Below are positions 1 through 13,304 of a stretch of DNA of 64,000 nucleotides, one piece after another. Under the pieces are notes generated by a model that did no database searches, had not been told where the DNA came from, and saw only the letters and a program-made list of their open reading frames with translations. The position numbers and the translations under genes are program-made. This stretch comes from Lama guanicoe (taxonomy: Eukaryota): positions 8,297,220 through 8,361,219 of the forward strand of contig MU054323.1 of NCBI GenBank assembly GCA_013239625.1. The letters are read 5' to 3'. How positions within the stretch are numbered: position 1 is the first letter of the stretch; every line of letters begins with the position of its first letter.

Positions 1-79
1 TAACTATCCCATTTACAGTGAAAAAAAAAGGATGTTCAAGGAGTCATCATAAAGAAGAGCATAGGCTTAGGAGGTAGTC

Positions 80-245
80 TGTCTCTTCCCAGCTGAACAT
101 CCTTGGGGGATTCACTGCACTGCCTTTTAGCCTCAGTTTCCTCATCTATAAAATGGACATAACCATTCCTTCCTTTCGGGACTGTGATAAGGACTAGAGA
201 TAATGAATGTAATATGCCTTGCCTGACACACAGCAGATGCTTGAT
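80..245 (+). mobile_element. MIR SINE
   Basis: Core gcctcagtttcctcatctataaaatgg. Confidence 0.75.
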
Positions 246-1675
246 TCGTACTTGTTGAATGAATGGTGGAAGGCAGGAATGGGTTGGTGGCACTGCTGGG
301 AAAAGCAGTCTAGTATCAGGCAGTGACAGGTCAGCCTAGAATGTGCGCAGACTGTGCTCCTGCTTCTGGCTGGCTGCCTTCTAAGCCTATCCTCCTCTGT
401 CCGGGGCCTTGGGGCCTCTCCCATGTCTCTCCTCGTGGCCCATGCCAGGGTCCTGTGAAAGACTTTTTGACCCTCCTTGGCAGTGGGATTTGCATTCCAA
501 TCATTCTGCTCACTCAGCCCATCCAAGTCTGGAGCTGTTTGGAGCTAAGCAAGGCCTGTGGAATCATCTGCCATGGCACTTCATTGAAGAGATAAGGAAG
601 CAAGACTCTGAGAGGGGCAGGGACGCCTCGCCTGCGACCCCACAGGCTGCCCTCCTCACCACCACCACACCATGTTGACAAATGAGGAAACTGAGGCATG
701 AGAGGTCTCCCGGCTCCTCCAGTCTGTCAGTGAGCCTCCTGATCTGGGCCCTCCACTTCCCCTTTTTCAGCTAGGTTCTGTTGGGATGCTCCATGGTGAT
801 GTCCATGGCTGTCCCTGGCAGCCCAGCCCAAGCCCAGCCTGGCCAGCTGGTGCAGGGGAGAGGCCATAGAGGTCAAGACAGCCTGATGGCCTCTGAGGAG
901 CAGAGCAGGGGACCCTGGGACTGGGTGCTCCTGGCCTAGGCTCCTCAACCAGCTCCAGGAGCTGTACTGACCTGAGAAGAGACACATTTCACAAGACCAG
1001 GGCTTTCCCTTGGGTATTGGCCCATGTGTTCCCAGGTTCACAGCTGTGCCTTCCTGTTTCTAAGACAGCCAGCAGCCTGGCACAGGGAAGGGCATGTGGC
1101 CTGGGAGGAGGGGAAGCTTGACAGATCTGAGTGCTGACAGTAACCCACTGTGTACCCTTGCACATCACTTGACCTCTCCGTGCCTCAGTTTCCTCATCCA
1201 CATAGTACAAGGCAGAACAGCAAGACCTGAAGTCCCTTCCAGCTATAGCGTGTTGTGATTTTAGTGGACGGATAGGGGAGGAGGACTGAGGGGTGGGAGG
1301 ACTTCGTTTGCCTGTTCCTTTCCCTTTCCTTGCTTTTCTTTTTCTGCATCATCAGTTTATCTCCAGCTATCCAGGTCTCCCGGTCTCCGCTCTTTCTGTT
1401 TTCTTCTTTCAGTCTGTGCCTCTCTAGTCTGTATCTTTCTGCCTGCCTCTTCCTTTTCTGTGTCTATGAGTCTACCTCAGGTTTTATCTCCTTGTCTGTC
1501 ACACACACCCCCCCCCGCCTCTTTTTCCCTCTCTTCCTCTGTAGTTACATACATTTCTGTCTACTTATCTTTCTCTGGGTCTCTGCCTCTCTCTAGGTCT
1601 CTCGCTCGTTCTCTGTCCTGCCCGGTCCGTCCGCGGCTCTCCCGCTCTCTACCCACCCCTCCCCACCCCTCCCCC

Positions 1676-1813
1676 NNNNNNNNNNNNNNNNNNNNNNNNN
1701 NNNNNNNNNNNNNNNNNNNNNNNNNNNNNNNNNNNNNNNNNNNNNNNNNNNNNNNNNNNNNNNNNNNNNNNNNNNNNNNNNNNNNNNNNNNNNNNNNNNN
1801 NNNNNNNNNNNNN
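1676..1813. other. Assembly gap (138 N), probably covering the TSS and the first part of the 5'UTR
   Basis: Run of N in the middle of the GC-rich island. Confidence 0.99.
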
Positions 1814-2428
<615 letters not shown>

Positions 2429-2760
2429 TAACTTGTCCCTGCCAGGCTTCGAGAGGGCCCCAGGGGACTCTTAAGTGTGTGAGAGGGGCAGGAACGACCG
2501 GCGGAGGCTGGGGAGGAGGGGTGTGGCCGGGCCAGGCCCTGGAGCAGGGCGCCGTGTGTAAGTAGTGGGGAGCGCTGGACTCCTCCGTGTCCCTGCAAAT
2601 GGGCTCCCGCACCCCAGCGTGTCTACACCGGCTGGGGCTCCAGGGAGACGTGTGGATGCAGGTACTCGGCACTCTAAGGCACACCGGATCACTCTGGGTG
2701 CCTGAAACACCCAGTAACAGTGGCTATGAGTACCGCTTGGTGGTGAGCGGTGTGTATTTC

Positions 2761-2778
2761 TGTGTGTGTGTGTGTGTG
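2761..2778. repeat. (TG)9 microsatellite
   Basis: Read directly. Confidence 0.95.
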
Positions 2779-4974
2779 TACCCAGCTTCAGGAGTTTGGG
2801 CTCTGCCAGCTAGTGCCTTTAATTTTCCTAGGGCAGCAGAGCTGGTACTGGAAGCCAGATCCAGCCCTGTCTGCCTTCTTTACTGCTGTCCCAGGAAAAC
2901 AGTCACCTCACAGGAATGGCCCCAGTTCTTCAAACCAGGGCAGGCCACCGTGTAAGAGGCCACCTACATACCCAGACTCCCTCACAACATAGGCACAGGT
3001 GCACACACAGGACACACGAGCACACACACAAAACATACAAATGGATATCAAGGAAAGAATCCCTAGTGAGTCATTTGATGTGCTGTTCAAAAGTGTCCAA
3101 AGAGGAATAAACACCTTACACACTCCCCAAACTCCATGATTCCAGCCCAGCATCATCACCTCTCCCTCGGTATGACCATGGGCAAGTCCCTTCTGCTGCC
3201 TGGGTCTTAAGCTCACCTCTGACAATGAGGTGAAATGATCTCAAGGGCTTCTCCCAGTCCTGACATACTCCCAGCCCACCTTCCCCTGAAGCCCATTGGG
3301 ATGCCTCCAGGAGCTGTTTCCTCCATCTTTCCCATTCCTTCTCCTCTCCCCGGTCCCCCTCCTAGCCTTGGCTGAGTTCCCAGGGGCTCACTGCCATTTG
3401 GCATAGCCCATGGCAAGATGACAGTGTTTTCCTGAGAGGCAACAGGAGTTGAGGGGGTAAAATACAGTATTGGACACTATCCCTGCAGTCTATCCACTGC
3501 AGGGATCCGTCCCAAGGTCCCGATGTTCTCTGGGGGCCATGGGGAGCTATGCTATATGGTTTCTAGAAGATGAAGGAAAGGGCCCCAGGAGTGGATGCGG
3601 CCCAAGTGGAGGCACCTCTGGGTCCTACTGACTGTGGGTTTAGGGCAGGATGGTCAGGCTCAGGTCTGCTCAAAGAGGAGCCTGCTTTCTTGGGAAGGAC
3701 CAGACTGGGTTTTGTCTGGGGTTTCCTTCCATCTCCTACCTCCCTACCACCTGGCAGTGTTTCTGAAGCACTGAACATCCTTAGACCTTCCCTCTCCCTC
3801 TTCCCACACATCACACCCCTGGTTATGTACCCCTATATTTCTCAGCCCCATGGTCCCCAGCTCCACAGTAACTTCCCAACTGATCTCCTTACTTCCAGCC
3901 ATACTTCCACTCAGGGCAAGCTCCCCAGGCTAATGTTGCCAGAAAGAGTTTCCCCAAGGTATAGCTCTTACCATACCAGTACCCCTCTCAGAAGTCCTTA
4001 ATGGCTCTCTGCTGGCTTCCATCTTTGTGTCTGACTTCATTTCTCATTTCTTACTGATATGATTCCTCCACTGCCGCTGAGAACACCTTAAGTGTGCCTG
4101 TCTGGCATACCTTTTTCTCTGTCTTCTATTTATCTTGTCTAAGTTAACTTTCCAAGTCCAGTTCAAATCTTAACTCCTCCTCGAAGTCTTCCAGACCATC
4201 CTAGGCCACTGCTCTCGACAGTTGCAGGACTTACTGTCAGGACGACCTGGGTGACACAGTGTAGGCTGTTTAGCTATTTACATTTCAGGGGGTGTATTTT
4301 GTCTCTTTAACTACAGGGAGTGTAATTAGCCCTCATGTGGGCAGGACCCTGTGGTTCCCATCTCTGTGCTCCCAGTGCTGGCACAGTACCCAGTGGTACA
4401 TGAGCACTCAGAGAATGCTATGGATGGGTTTAAGGTGTGCAGGAATGAGAGGGCATCGTCCTTCCCCTCCATCCCTGCCGTTTCCCAAAGTGTTTGTAGT
4501 CCTCACCAAGAGAGACGCTAAAAGCTGGGAGCAGAGACAGACAGAGTGTGGTTCTGGTGATTATTTATTTATAAGGTGCTAGGCAAGTGGAAAGACAGAA
4601 TCAAAGCACCACCCTAGTTCTGTGGGGGCCCCAGACTGGCACTGCCCACTCTCTGCCCTACCCGACCACCCCTGGACTTTCGTCACCTCTCACTCTGGCT
4701 ATGCCCCCTAGCTAGAAGCTGTCCACTAGGCTCTGGTCCAGCTGTGATCAGACAGCTGGAAGAGGCCCTTTATTAGACTGATCTCGACCCAAAACCCAAA
4801 AGCAACAGTCTCTGTCCATCATGGGTCTCCTGAGGCACCAGAAGTCCCTTTAGGACAGAATAATGACAGAACTTCCCATTCATTCAATGTCTGAGTGATC
4901 ACAATGCACTTTCATCTTATCTCTTTTTGAGTCTCAGCCTTCATAGCTCAGGGAAGTTGCCAGGGCAGGTACTG

Positions 4975-5100
4975 CTAGCTCCATTGCAGATAAAGACATG
5001 GAGGTTCAGGAAGTGGAAGGGACTTCCCCAAAGTCACACAGCTGGCCAGCAGCGGAGTTAGAGCAAGAAGCTGGGACTTCTGACTCCAAGCCCAGTGTTT
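4975..5100 (-). mobile_element. MIR SINE
   Basis: ccattgcagataaagacatggaggttcagg...aaagtcacacagct...tctgactccaagccc. Confidence 0.7.
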
Positions 5101-6789
5101 CTTCCCCTGCCAGTTTCTTGGCTGCTTCCTCTGCCTCCATATGCTGTGAAGCCCAGAGACAGCTGGGATTGGCATGGCCAAGACTCAGTGATGCCAGCTT
5201 GCAGGGCACTTGTGGGCAGCCCTGATTGGTTGAGGGTCAGTGGGGTCTGAGTTAGTCATTCACCTGGTTAGTCACAGTCACCACTGACGGCAGGGATTCC
5301 TCCAGCTCCCTCATCCCTGGTCTGGTAGTCAGGAAACCCTTCCTTTGTTGAGCCCTAAGTTCATCAAATGAGAACGGAAACTCTTTTCTGGGAAAGCTTA
5401 ACCTCACTGGCTGTTGAGTCATTAAACTCCTCCGGGGCCCCAGCCCCATCTATTCATAGCCCAGAGGCTGTCAGAGCAGGAAGGGACCTTGAAATCAGCT
5501 GGTGCCACCCCCTCCTCTTACCCAGAAGGAACCAAAGAGGTGAAGGGAATCACACAGTCAAAGGGTAGCAAAACCTGACTCCCAGGCCCCCATTCCTTCC
5601 TTGGGCAAGCTGCCCTTTATTTATTATTATTAGCAGTAGTATTATTAACAGCAGCAACAGCAACAATAATAAGAGCAGCCACCATTTATTAACTACTCTT
5701 TGGCAGGCTGTATACGAGACACTTCATTTGTATTCCCTCATTCAACTCTCTCATCAACCCTTCAAGATGGGCATTATTATCTCCATTTTTCAGCAGAGGA
5801 ACCTAAGGCTCTGAGTGTAAATGACTCACCATGGCCTTGTGACTTGAAAGTATGGATTCAATGGAGCCTCTCTGAATCCCATGCCCTAGATTTTTTTGCC
5901 AGTTCTTTCTCCACTTCCAGAGCCCAGCCCAGACCTCTGTATCTTGGGGATGCCAAGTAGCCAAGGCTTATCTCTTCCCCCGGCAAAGCCCTCCCCAGGA
6001 GACGGCCTCTTGCTCCAGCACACCACGGCCAGCCTGCAGCTCTCCCGCACCCTGGCCCCGACCTACCCAGACCAAGTGCCACAGCTGCACCCAGCACCAG
6101 GTCCTTTCAGAGACTGCCGCCGGCTCACAGGTGCCCATTCTCCCACCGCAGGTCTCTGGAATCCTTGTGGCTCTAAGGCAACAAGAGACCAGGTAATTGA
6201 TTAACTGTGGGAGCTGGGGCAGAAAACCTTCTGTTCTGCTTTCTCCTCAGCTTCCAGCCTGTTCTCAGCAGTGCAGGCTCCCATCACCCATCATATGGCC
6301 TGGGAGTCCTTAGATTGTGAATTCAACCAGGTGGCTCAAGAGGGAACTTGTACTTTTTACATCTTTCCAAGAAGTTGGAAAGGATAGAGGTGACCTACCA
6401 CCCCCAACCCCAAATCCGAGAGTCCTCAAAGAGTGAGAGGAGACATTAGTCTCATACAAACACCCAGAGAGGTGAGTGGCTGCTCAAATTCACACAGCAA
6501 GTCATAGGTACAACCCTTTGGGGACCCAGACTAGAGATCTCTCCATCACCCCAGTCTATTTCCCCTCATGACCTCCCATCTCCCTTAGCACCAGGGCCTC
6601 TGTCTGTTATCACTTGACTGTTCCCAGTCCTCTCTTGACTTCCTGGGTCAGCGGAGAGGCAGCTCAGCCTGGAATAGTCCCACTGCCCACTCTCAGTCAG
6701 CATTTCCTTCCTCCCTGTTCACAGACCACCCCTCTGATTCGACCACACAGCCTTTTCTGAGGGTGGTGTAGGAACGCGGGTGCTAGCTT

Positions 6790-7030
6790 GGAAGCCTGGG
6801 TACCTGGGTTCATCTCTCAAACCCTGTCTCCACCTGCCATCCTCACCCCCTGCTACTAGCTGTGTGATCTTGGACAAGTTACTTAGTCTCTCTGAGCTTG
6901 TTTTGTCATTTAGAAAATGGGGATGGTAATATCTTTCTCCTAGGACTGAACAGGATGATGTAAAGAAAGTGCCTGGTACGGAGTACGTGTTTAATAAACA
7001 GTATCTGCAGTTATAAATGTTATTAATATT
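6790..7030 (+). mobile_element. MIR SINE, near full length
   Basis: actagctgtgtgatcttggacaagttacttagtctctctgagc...aaaatggggatggtaata...gtgcctggtac...taataaa. Confidence 0.85.
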
Positions 7031-8892
7031 ATTGCTCATGTATTATCACTTTCCCTACAGAAGGGAACTGCTCTGTTTCCCCAGGATTATTATGACCACA
7101 GCACCTCTACTCCTTCCTAATAGGTGGGGACAGAGGGGCTAGGGACCAGAGGCTGCCACACCCTTCTCTTTACCCTTCTAATCCCACTCCTCCATCCCAG
7201 GCTTCCCAGATCCCCGCTCATGCCTGGAGTCTGCCTGACATCTAGGTTCAGGGACAAGGCTCTCTCCTCTGAGCAGGCCAGCCCTGCAGAAAGCCAGTCA
7301 GGGAGAGTGAAGTGCACTAGGAGAACCCATCCTGGATTGGGGCAAGGAGGCAAAAGTTCCAGTTCCATTTAGCTCAGTTGCTGGTCCTCTATGACCATCA
7401 GTTTCTTCACCTACAAAGTGGATGTATTTGATCAGAGGTCCTTTTGGCTGCCATGCCTCTTGCCTGTATGTCCAGTTCCCACATATCATGACTGGGGGCT
7501 CGAGACATGGAGGGAGTGGGAGCAAGAATAGGACAGAAATAGAAAGCACATGCCTGGCCATAGTGGGGACAGGACAAACACAATAAGTATTTTCAAAGAA
7601 AATATAAACAAGCACAGATGAATGTAGTGCAAATCACCACTATAAACAGCTTTCAGCTGGCAGCACAACCGGTAAATCTGTGAGTTGATTTTGTAATTTA
7701 AAAAAAAAGTAAAAATGACTTTCCTGTCATCAGCCAGCAGCAAGGAAAGAGACCCAGCTCTGACTGAGATCATGATGAGTTTAGGCAAACCTCGGCAGAG
7801 ACTCAGGATGGGCACCCCCTCACGCTCCACCCCCACCTTGGATGCAGGGAACTGACATGTGTCTGTGACACGTCAGGCACTGTCAGGGGCACTTCTCACT
7901 GCCTGCATTCCCACGACTGCCCTGGGATGGCAGGCATTATCATCCTGTTATGGTCACGAAAACGGAAGCTCAGAGAGGTTCCAAATTGGCCCAGGATCCT
8001 ACAAATATGACAGTAACAGGGCTTACACCCAGGGCTGTAGGAAGTATCTTTTCAAGGAGTCGTGCAGTCCCCCTACAAAGCCTCTGCAGTCCCTTCTATA
8101 TGAATGTCACTAACGATGAGGGGTGGGTACCAGGGTCACTCAGGGCACTCAGCTGTGACCTCAGCTACAGGATGCCACATCCTCAGGACAATGGATAGAG
8201 CATTCAACCCAAAGAGAAACCAGAATGGTAGCTCCAACTCTCTCATTTCACAGTGTGGAAACTACAATTCTGATTGGAGAAGAAGGGAGCCCTGTTTACT
8301 GACCCCTCCCTCCGTGTTGTCCTCCCCTCCCCTCCTCCCACCGCCAGTCTCTTAGAGAAGAAAGCAGGCTGCCAGTCAGCCTGTTCTGCTTGCCTGGGGC
8401 CCCCTCTTGACCCCTCTGTTAGCCTCTGGTCCTCAGAGAGGGCCTGACGAATGCCTTTTGTGGCAGTCGAGAGAGCAGTCACCAGCCCAGCTGATGCGGC
8501 TGCCTCCCAGTCTGTCCACACTTCCTTGTTGTCCAGAAACTGCCCGTGCCCAGGCAGCTCCTAGGTGGCTCCCAGAGACCTGCCCCACCCCAGAATGGCA
8601 GCAATCACGCCTTCACTTTCCCATTTCCAGAGCTGGGCTCAGCTGCGACCTCGAGCCAACAGCTCTGGTCCTGGGATCCTTATCACTCTGGGGTCAACCT
8701 CCTACCCTCCCCCTTCACCAAAGCTGGCTCCTTACCACTCCTGCTTTCCACTCTTGCCTCTTCCAGCGACACACCAGGACCCCTTCGTGGGGGCTGGTGG
8801 GGGGCACGTGCATGTGGGGAGTACAAGGCAGAAACCTGGCCTGGGAGCTAGAAACTGGGTTCTTTCTCTCCAGGACAAATCATTCCAGCTTG

Positions 8893-8895
<3 letters not shown>

Positions 8896-8923
<28 letters not shown>

Positions 8924-8934
8924 CCTCTCTCTCT
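8896..8934. repeat. (TC)n microsatellite, imperfect
   Basis: Read directly. Confidence 0.9.
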
Positions 8935-9054
8935 GTTACCCTACTCATTGGAGGCACAGGCACTTCCCTGGTGGGCTTCAGTCTTCGCATATGTACAGAG
9001 GAGATGTTCCCCAGGGGGAACTGGAGGCCAGCTCATCAATGCGTAATTCTCTAT

Positions 9055-9201
9055 GTTAACACTTCTCAAATGACTTGGTTGATCTTGCTTAAATGCAGAC
9101 TGAATCAGTAGGTCTGGGTTGGGGGCTGAGATTCTGCATTTCTCATAAGGCCAAGGGATGCTGATGATGCTGATCCTTGGTATACACTTTGAGTAGCAAG
9201 G
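9055..9201. mobile_element. MER5A-like hAT-Charlie MITE
   Basis: actgaatcagtaggtctggg...tgagattctgcatttct...gatgctgatgatgctg...cactttgagtagcaagg. Confidence 0.75.
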
Positions 9202-9406
9202 ATCTATGTAACCTGGAGACCTGACTTCTGGGAAGAGACATGAGTGGGGACTGTGGTTTTAGGAACAAGATTGTGTACAGCTGGAAAAATCCTTAGGAAT
9301 CTGGTCATGGAATGTCACAGCCATTGGCCTCAGAGCTGGTGGACTTCCCTCTAAGACTGAAGCAGGGCTGTGGTTTGCCCCAGAGGAACCAGCTTTAGAG
9401 GTCACC

Positions 9407-9823
9407 TGTACCAGTCAAGGTTCAATCAGAGAAATACAACTAGCAGGAGATATATATATTAAGAGATGGATTGCAAGGAATTGGCTTATGTGATGGTAGT
9501 GGCTGGCTAGGTGAGTCTGAAAACTATAGAGCAGGACATTGAGAAGGACAGGCTGGAACTCTCTCCAGCTTGAGCTGAAGCTGCTGTTCACAGGCAGAGT
9601 ATATTCTTCTTCAGGGAAGCCTCAGCTAACCACTAAAGCCTTTCAACTGATTGGATCAGGTCCACTCAGTAATCTAGGATAATCTCCCTCACTTAAAGTC
9701 AACTGATTATGGACTTTAATCACATCTACAAAATGCTTTCACAGCAATCCCTAGATCAGTGTTCGACTGAATAACTCAGAGCTTTAGCCTGGCCAAGTGG
9801 ACACATCGAAAAGATCATCCCAC
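9407..9823 (-). mobile_element. ERVL solo LTR, MLT2-like
   Basis: Recalled MLT2 hallmarks: aaggaattggcttatgtgat, acttaaagtcaactgattatggactttaatcacatctacaaaat, ccaagtggacacat...catc(a)ca terminus. Confidence 0.75.
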
Positions 9824-9824
9824 G

Positions 9825-9990
9825 GGGGAGGGTATAGCTCAGTGGTAGAGCACGTGCTTAGCATGCATAAGGTCCTAGGCTCGATCCCTAGTACCTCCAT
9901 TAAAATAAATAAGTAAATAAATAGACCTAATTACTTCCTCCCAAAACAAAAGAAATAAATAAAATAAAATATTTTTTAAAAAGAAAAAAA
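9825..9990 (+). mobile_element. tRNA-Ala(AGC)-derived SINE with A-rich tail (camelid Vic-1-like)
   Basis: Head GGGGAGGGTATAGCTCAGTGGTAGAGCACGTGCTTAGCATGCATAAGGTCCTAGGCTCGATCCCTAGTACCTCCA has A/B boxes and anticodon AGC at 9860-9862. It is followed by an AT-rich tail and flanked by ~16-bp TSDs (9809-9824 / 9987-10002, 2 mismatches). Confidence 0.85.
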
Positions 9991-10689
9991 AATCATCACA
10001 CGACCCATGTATCAGTCTGGGGCTGCAATAAGTGGCTTTCCTTTTCTGGGTCAAAGGTCCACTCTGAATCCTAGACCAAACCCAGGCTAATGGATGGTGT
10101 TCAGGAGCCCCCCGGACCATGCTGAGCTGAAGGAGATGACACTGTCACCCAACACTGTGGGGATATTTTCTGCATAGACAACAAGAGGTCCCTGTTCCTG
10201 GACCCCCTCATCTCTGCTTGAGGCTCCACGGCTTGGCACGGACTCAGTGTCCCTCGTCAGGAATGCGCCGGTTCTCTCCTGACCACAGTTCCAATGCAGG
10301 AATCACCATCTCAGAACATGTGGAGAGGTGCATTCCAGCCCGCTGGCCACAGGACCACCTTAGGGGTCTCTCCAGAGACCCAACTGTCAGGCCCTAGTGG
10401 AGCAGCCCAGAAAGAGAGATGCCAGGCTCTCAGACAGGAGACGGCCCTCTCCTCCAGGATGGGGTGGTCCTCTTACCAGTGCAGGGGAGTTCTCCAGGGA
10501 ACAGGCAGGGGCAGGCGGTTCCAGGCAGGAGTAAGCCTCAGATTGAGATCTATTCTCACCTCCATCTGTTCTGTCCAGATCTTAGACCTGACAGGAAGCC
10601 TCCACTCCCCACGGAGCCTGCCTCAGTTTCCACAGTGAACCAGGCTGCCATTTCCTGGGAGGTTTCTCTGGGCTGAGCCCGCTCCATGA

Positions 10690-10860
10690 ATTACCTCATT
10701 TAATCCTCACAGCCACCCTCTGAGGGAGGCACTATTATAATCCTTGTTTTACAGAGGAGGACCCTGAGGCCCCAAGGGGCCAGAGGATGCACACACAGGC
10801 ATGCTGCTGGCAAGTGACAGAGCAGGGATGTGTAAAGCAGGCCCAGCACTCGGTTTATAA
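10690..10860 (-). mobile_element. MIR SINE
   Basis: ctcatttaatcctcacagccaccctctgagggaggcactattataatccttgttttacagaggagga. Confidence 0.8.
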
Positions 10861-13304
10861 AGCACTTGGTCATACAGTATCTCTTGTGAGCCTCATGACA
10901 ACCCAGAGGTGTAGGTATCAACAAAGAAACTGGACTTTAGAATATAAGTCCTGTGACCCAGAGCCAATAAATGTGGAGTTAAATCCAGAACTTCCAACCC
11001 TAAAACCAAGATCTCCCCCGACGAGTGCTCTCACCCCCTGTAGCTGAAGATGGGTTGCATGGTATGGATGTTGGGGGCATCAGAGTAGATGTCAGTCTAT
11101 GGAGGGGGAAGAGGGCAGTGCTGTTGGGGGCAGCTGTCACGGAGTGGCCTTAGTTCCATGCATTTGAACAGGATGGAAACCTGAGACTAGAAATGAGAGT
11201 GGAGTGATGGTTCTTAAGCGTAGCTAGTGAGTGAGAGGGGCCTGGTTTTGGGTGACTTGGGCAACTCACCTGCTTCTGGGTATGTGGGGGAAGAGCAGGG
11301 AAGATGGCCTCTATGTGCTAAGTGGGGAGCTGGTCCCCACAGCAGTAGCTGTTTGGAGCCAAAGCAATGGGTGGCCGGGCCCAGCCCCTAGAAGTGAATT
11401 CAGCCAGCCTAAGCTAAGCCCCAGAGGCTGTGAGTTTTAAAACTCCCCTAGCGAAGGGAACCTGCAGCCGGGTTTAGGAAGCACAGGAGAGAGAAGAGCT
11501 TATTTAAGTCAGTGTGCTGTACTTGGGAGGCCGGGCCACTTGCCAGCCAGCAGCTAGCATTTTCTTTCTGGGTTTCCTTGGAACTCAAGAAGCAGTCAAG
11601 AGGCAGCTGAGGAAGAGTCTTTGGAGTTCAGAAGCCAAAGTTCCTGGGTGAGCCAGGTGGCAGAGACATAGCAGGAGGCCCCAGGAAAAGGTCCCACTGC
11701 TCCAGTAGGAGAAGGGACTGAGAAGGTTTCAGTGGGGGTCCCGGGACAGGAGGTGTCTCCTCCATGGCTTAGCTCTCAAACGACCCCAGGGAAGGGGGTC
11801 ATCCCAGGAGGGTCCCCTCAGCTGTGTGAGCATTACTCACCTGAGAACAAAGTCAGAGCCTCTGGCTCAGCTGAGCCAGTGTGACCCACCTCTTCAGCAT
11901 GATGCTGCATCATGGATTTTCTACCATGAGGGTTACACAGAGGACGACTCTCTAGGACCACTCTTGGTCCTTGGTCCACCTCCAGGCAGGGCCAGAGAAG
12001 GAGAAACCTGGACCGGAACTCAGTGGCAGTCCTCCTTCCCAGTGTCCTAAGCACGTGTCTTCCCTGGACACCAAAGAGGCCCTGATATCCCCTGTCTGCC
12101 CCTTACAATCGGTCGCTGGATTCAGGGAGGTGGGCTACACGTTATGTCTCGGAGCTCTGATTGATGACTTACCACAGCCGAGCTAAGGGAAGTGGGGGAC
12201 ACAGACCCCTCCACTGTTTTCCTGCTCCTACCTGGCTGTGAGACCCACAGCAAGTCACATCCCACCCTGGCCTTATCTACGAGGGACTGGACTGGTGGTA
12301 TCCAAGCCCCTTACAGCTCCAACGGTCACTGTGGGACCTAATCCTGGCTTCTGCTTCCAGCCACTCATGAGATGCACACTACCCAGGACTACACTCTTGT
12401 CCCCACTTCACCTCATGATGGCTGAGCCCTGCAGAGACTTCCTCCATGTCCAGTCCCAAGAATAGAGCTCTGTCCAGGACCTCCAAGTCACCCCTTTCTG
12501 GAAAGAGCATTTCTGAAGCCCTGCTTATCAACAGAGCAAGTCCACTGCCCCAGCCCCTGGGACAGCTGGAATGCTGGAGCCTCCTACCCGGAAAGGGGGG
12601 CCCACTAATAGCCGGCGCCTCCCACAGTAGTTCATGGATGGGGTGTGGGAGGGAGTAGGGGTGCTGAGAGCAGGCTGACCCCAGCCAGCACTTTCGAACA
12701 GAGGGGTAGTCAGGAGAGAGGCTGTAGGCAGTTTTTCTTCCCGGACTGCTGCTGGACCTGAGCCTGCCCAAGACAAGTGCGCTGGTGGCTAGTCCAGGCC
12801 CTAGGCTAGTTCAGAGGCTTCCAGGACCCTGGGAGCTAAGGTCCTGCTCGTGGACCAACCTTCGACATCCCACCTAGACCAGCGACCCGCTAGACCTCTG
12901 AGCGGCGGGGTTAACCCCAGGGGTCCTCACAATGGTTTGCTATCTCAAAACATTCATGGGACATTATACCTGTTACAGAGCATACACGGGCCAACTGAAG
13001 GTCACAGACACCCTCCTCAGCCTTTGGCTGGAATAGGGTCAGTTCATGCTGACACCAGACTGCCCATGCAGTATAAGGGCACAGCTTGGCAGTGGATGGC
13101 ATTATGGCAATTCCTGGGGTCCTTCGGATTCTTTGAGAATCACTGATTCAGTCCAGGCTTTCTTTCCTCCAGATGTGGAGACAGACAGCCAGGGCAGGGT
13201 TCAGTGGGAGATGGGGCTGGCCTGCCTTAGCCACCAGCAGTTCGATATCAGAGCCAGTACTCAAATCCAAGTCTTCTGACTCTTTCCACTCCCTACATGC
13301 ACAC

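Noticed and set aside
9829..9899. Functional tRNA-Ala(AGC) gene
   Set aside because: Has an A-rich tail, TSDs, a mutated B box and no immediate poly-T terminator, so it is a SINE.
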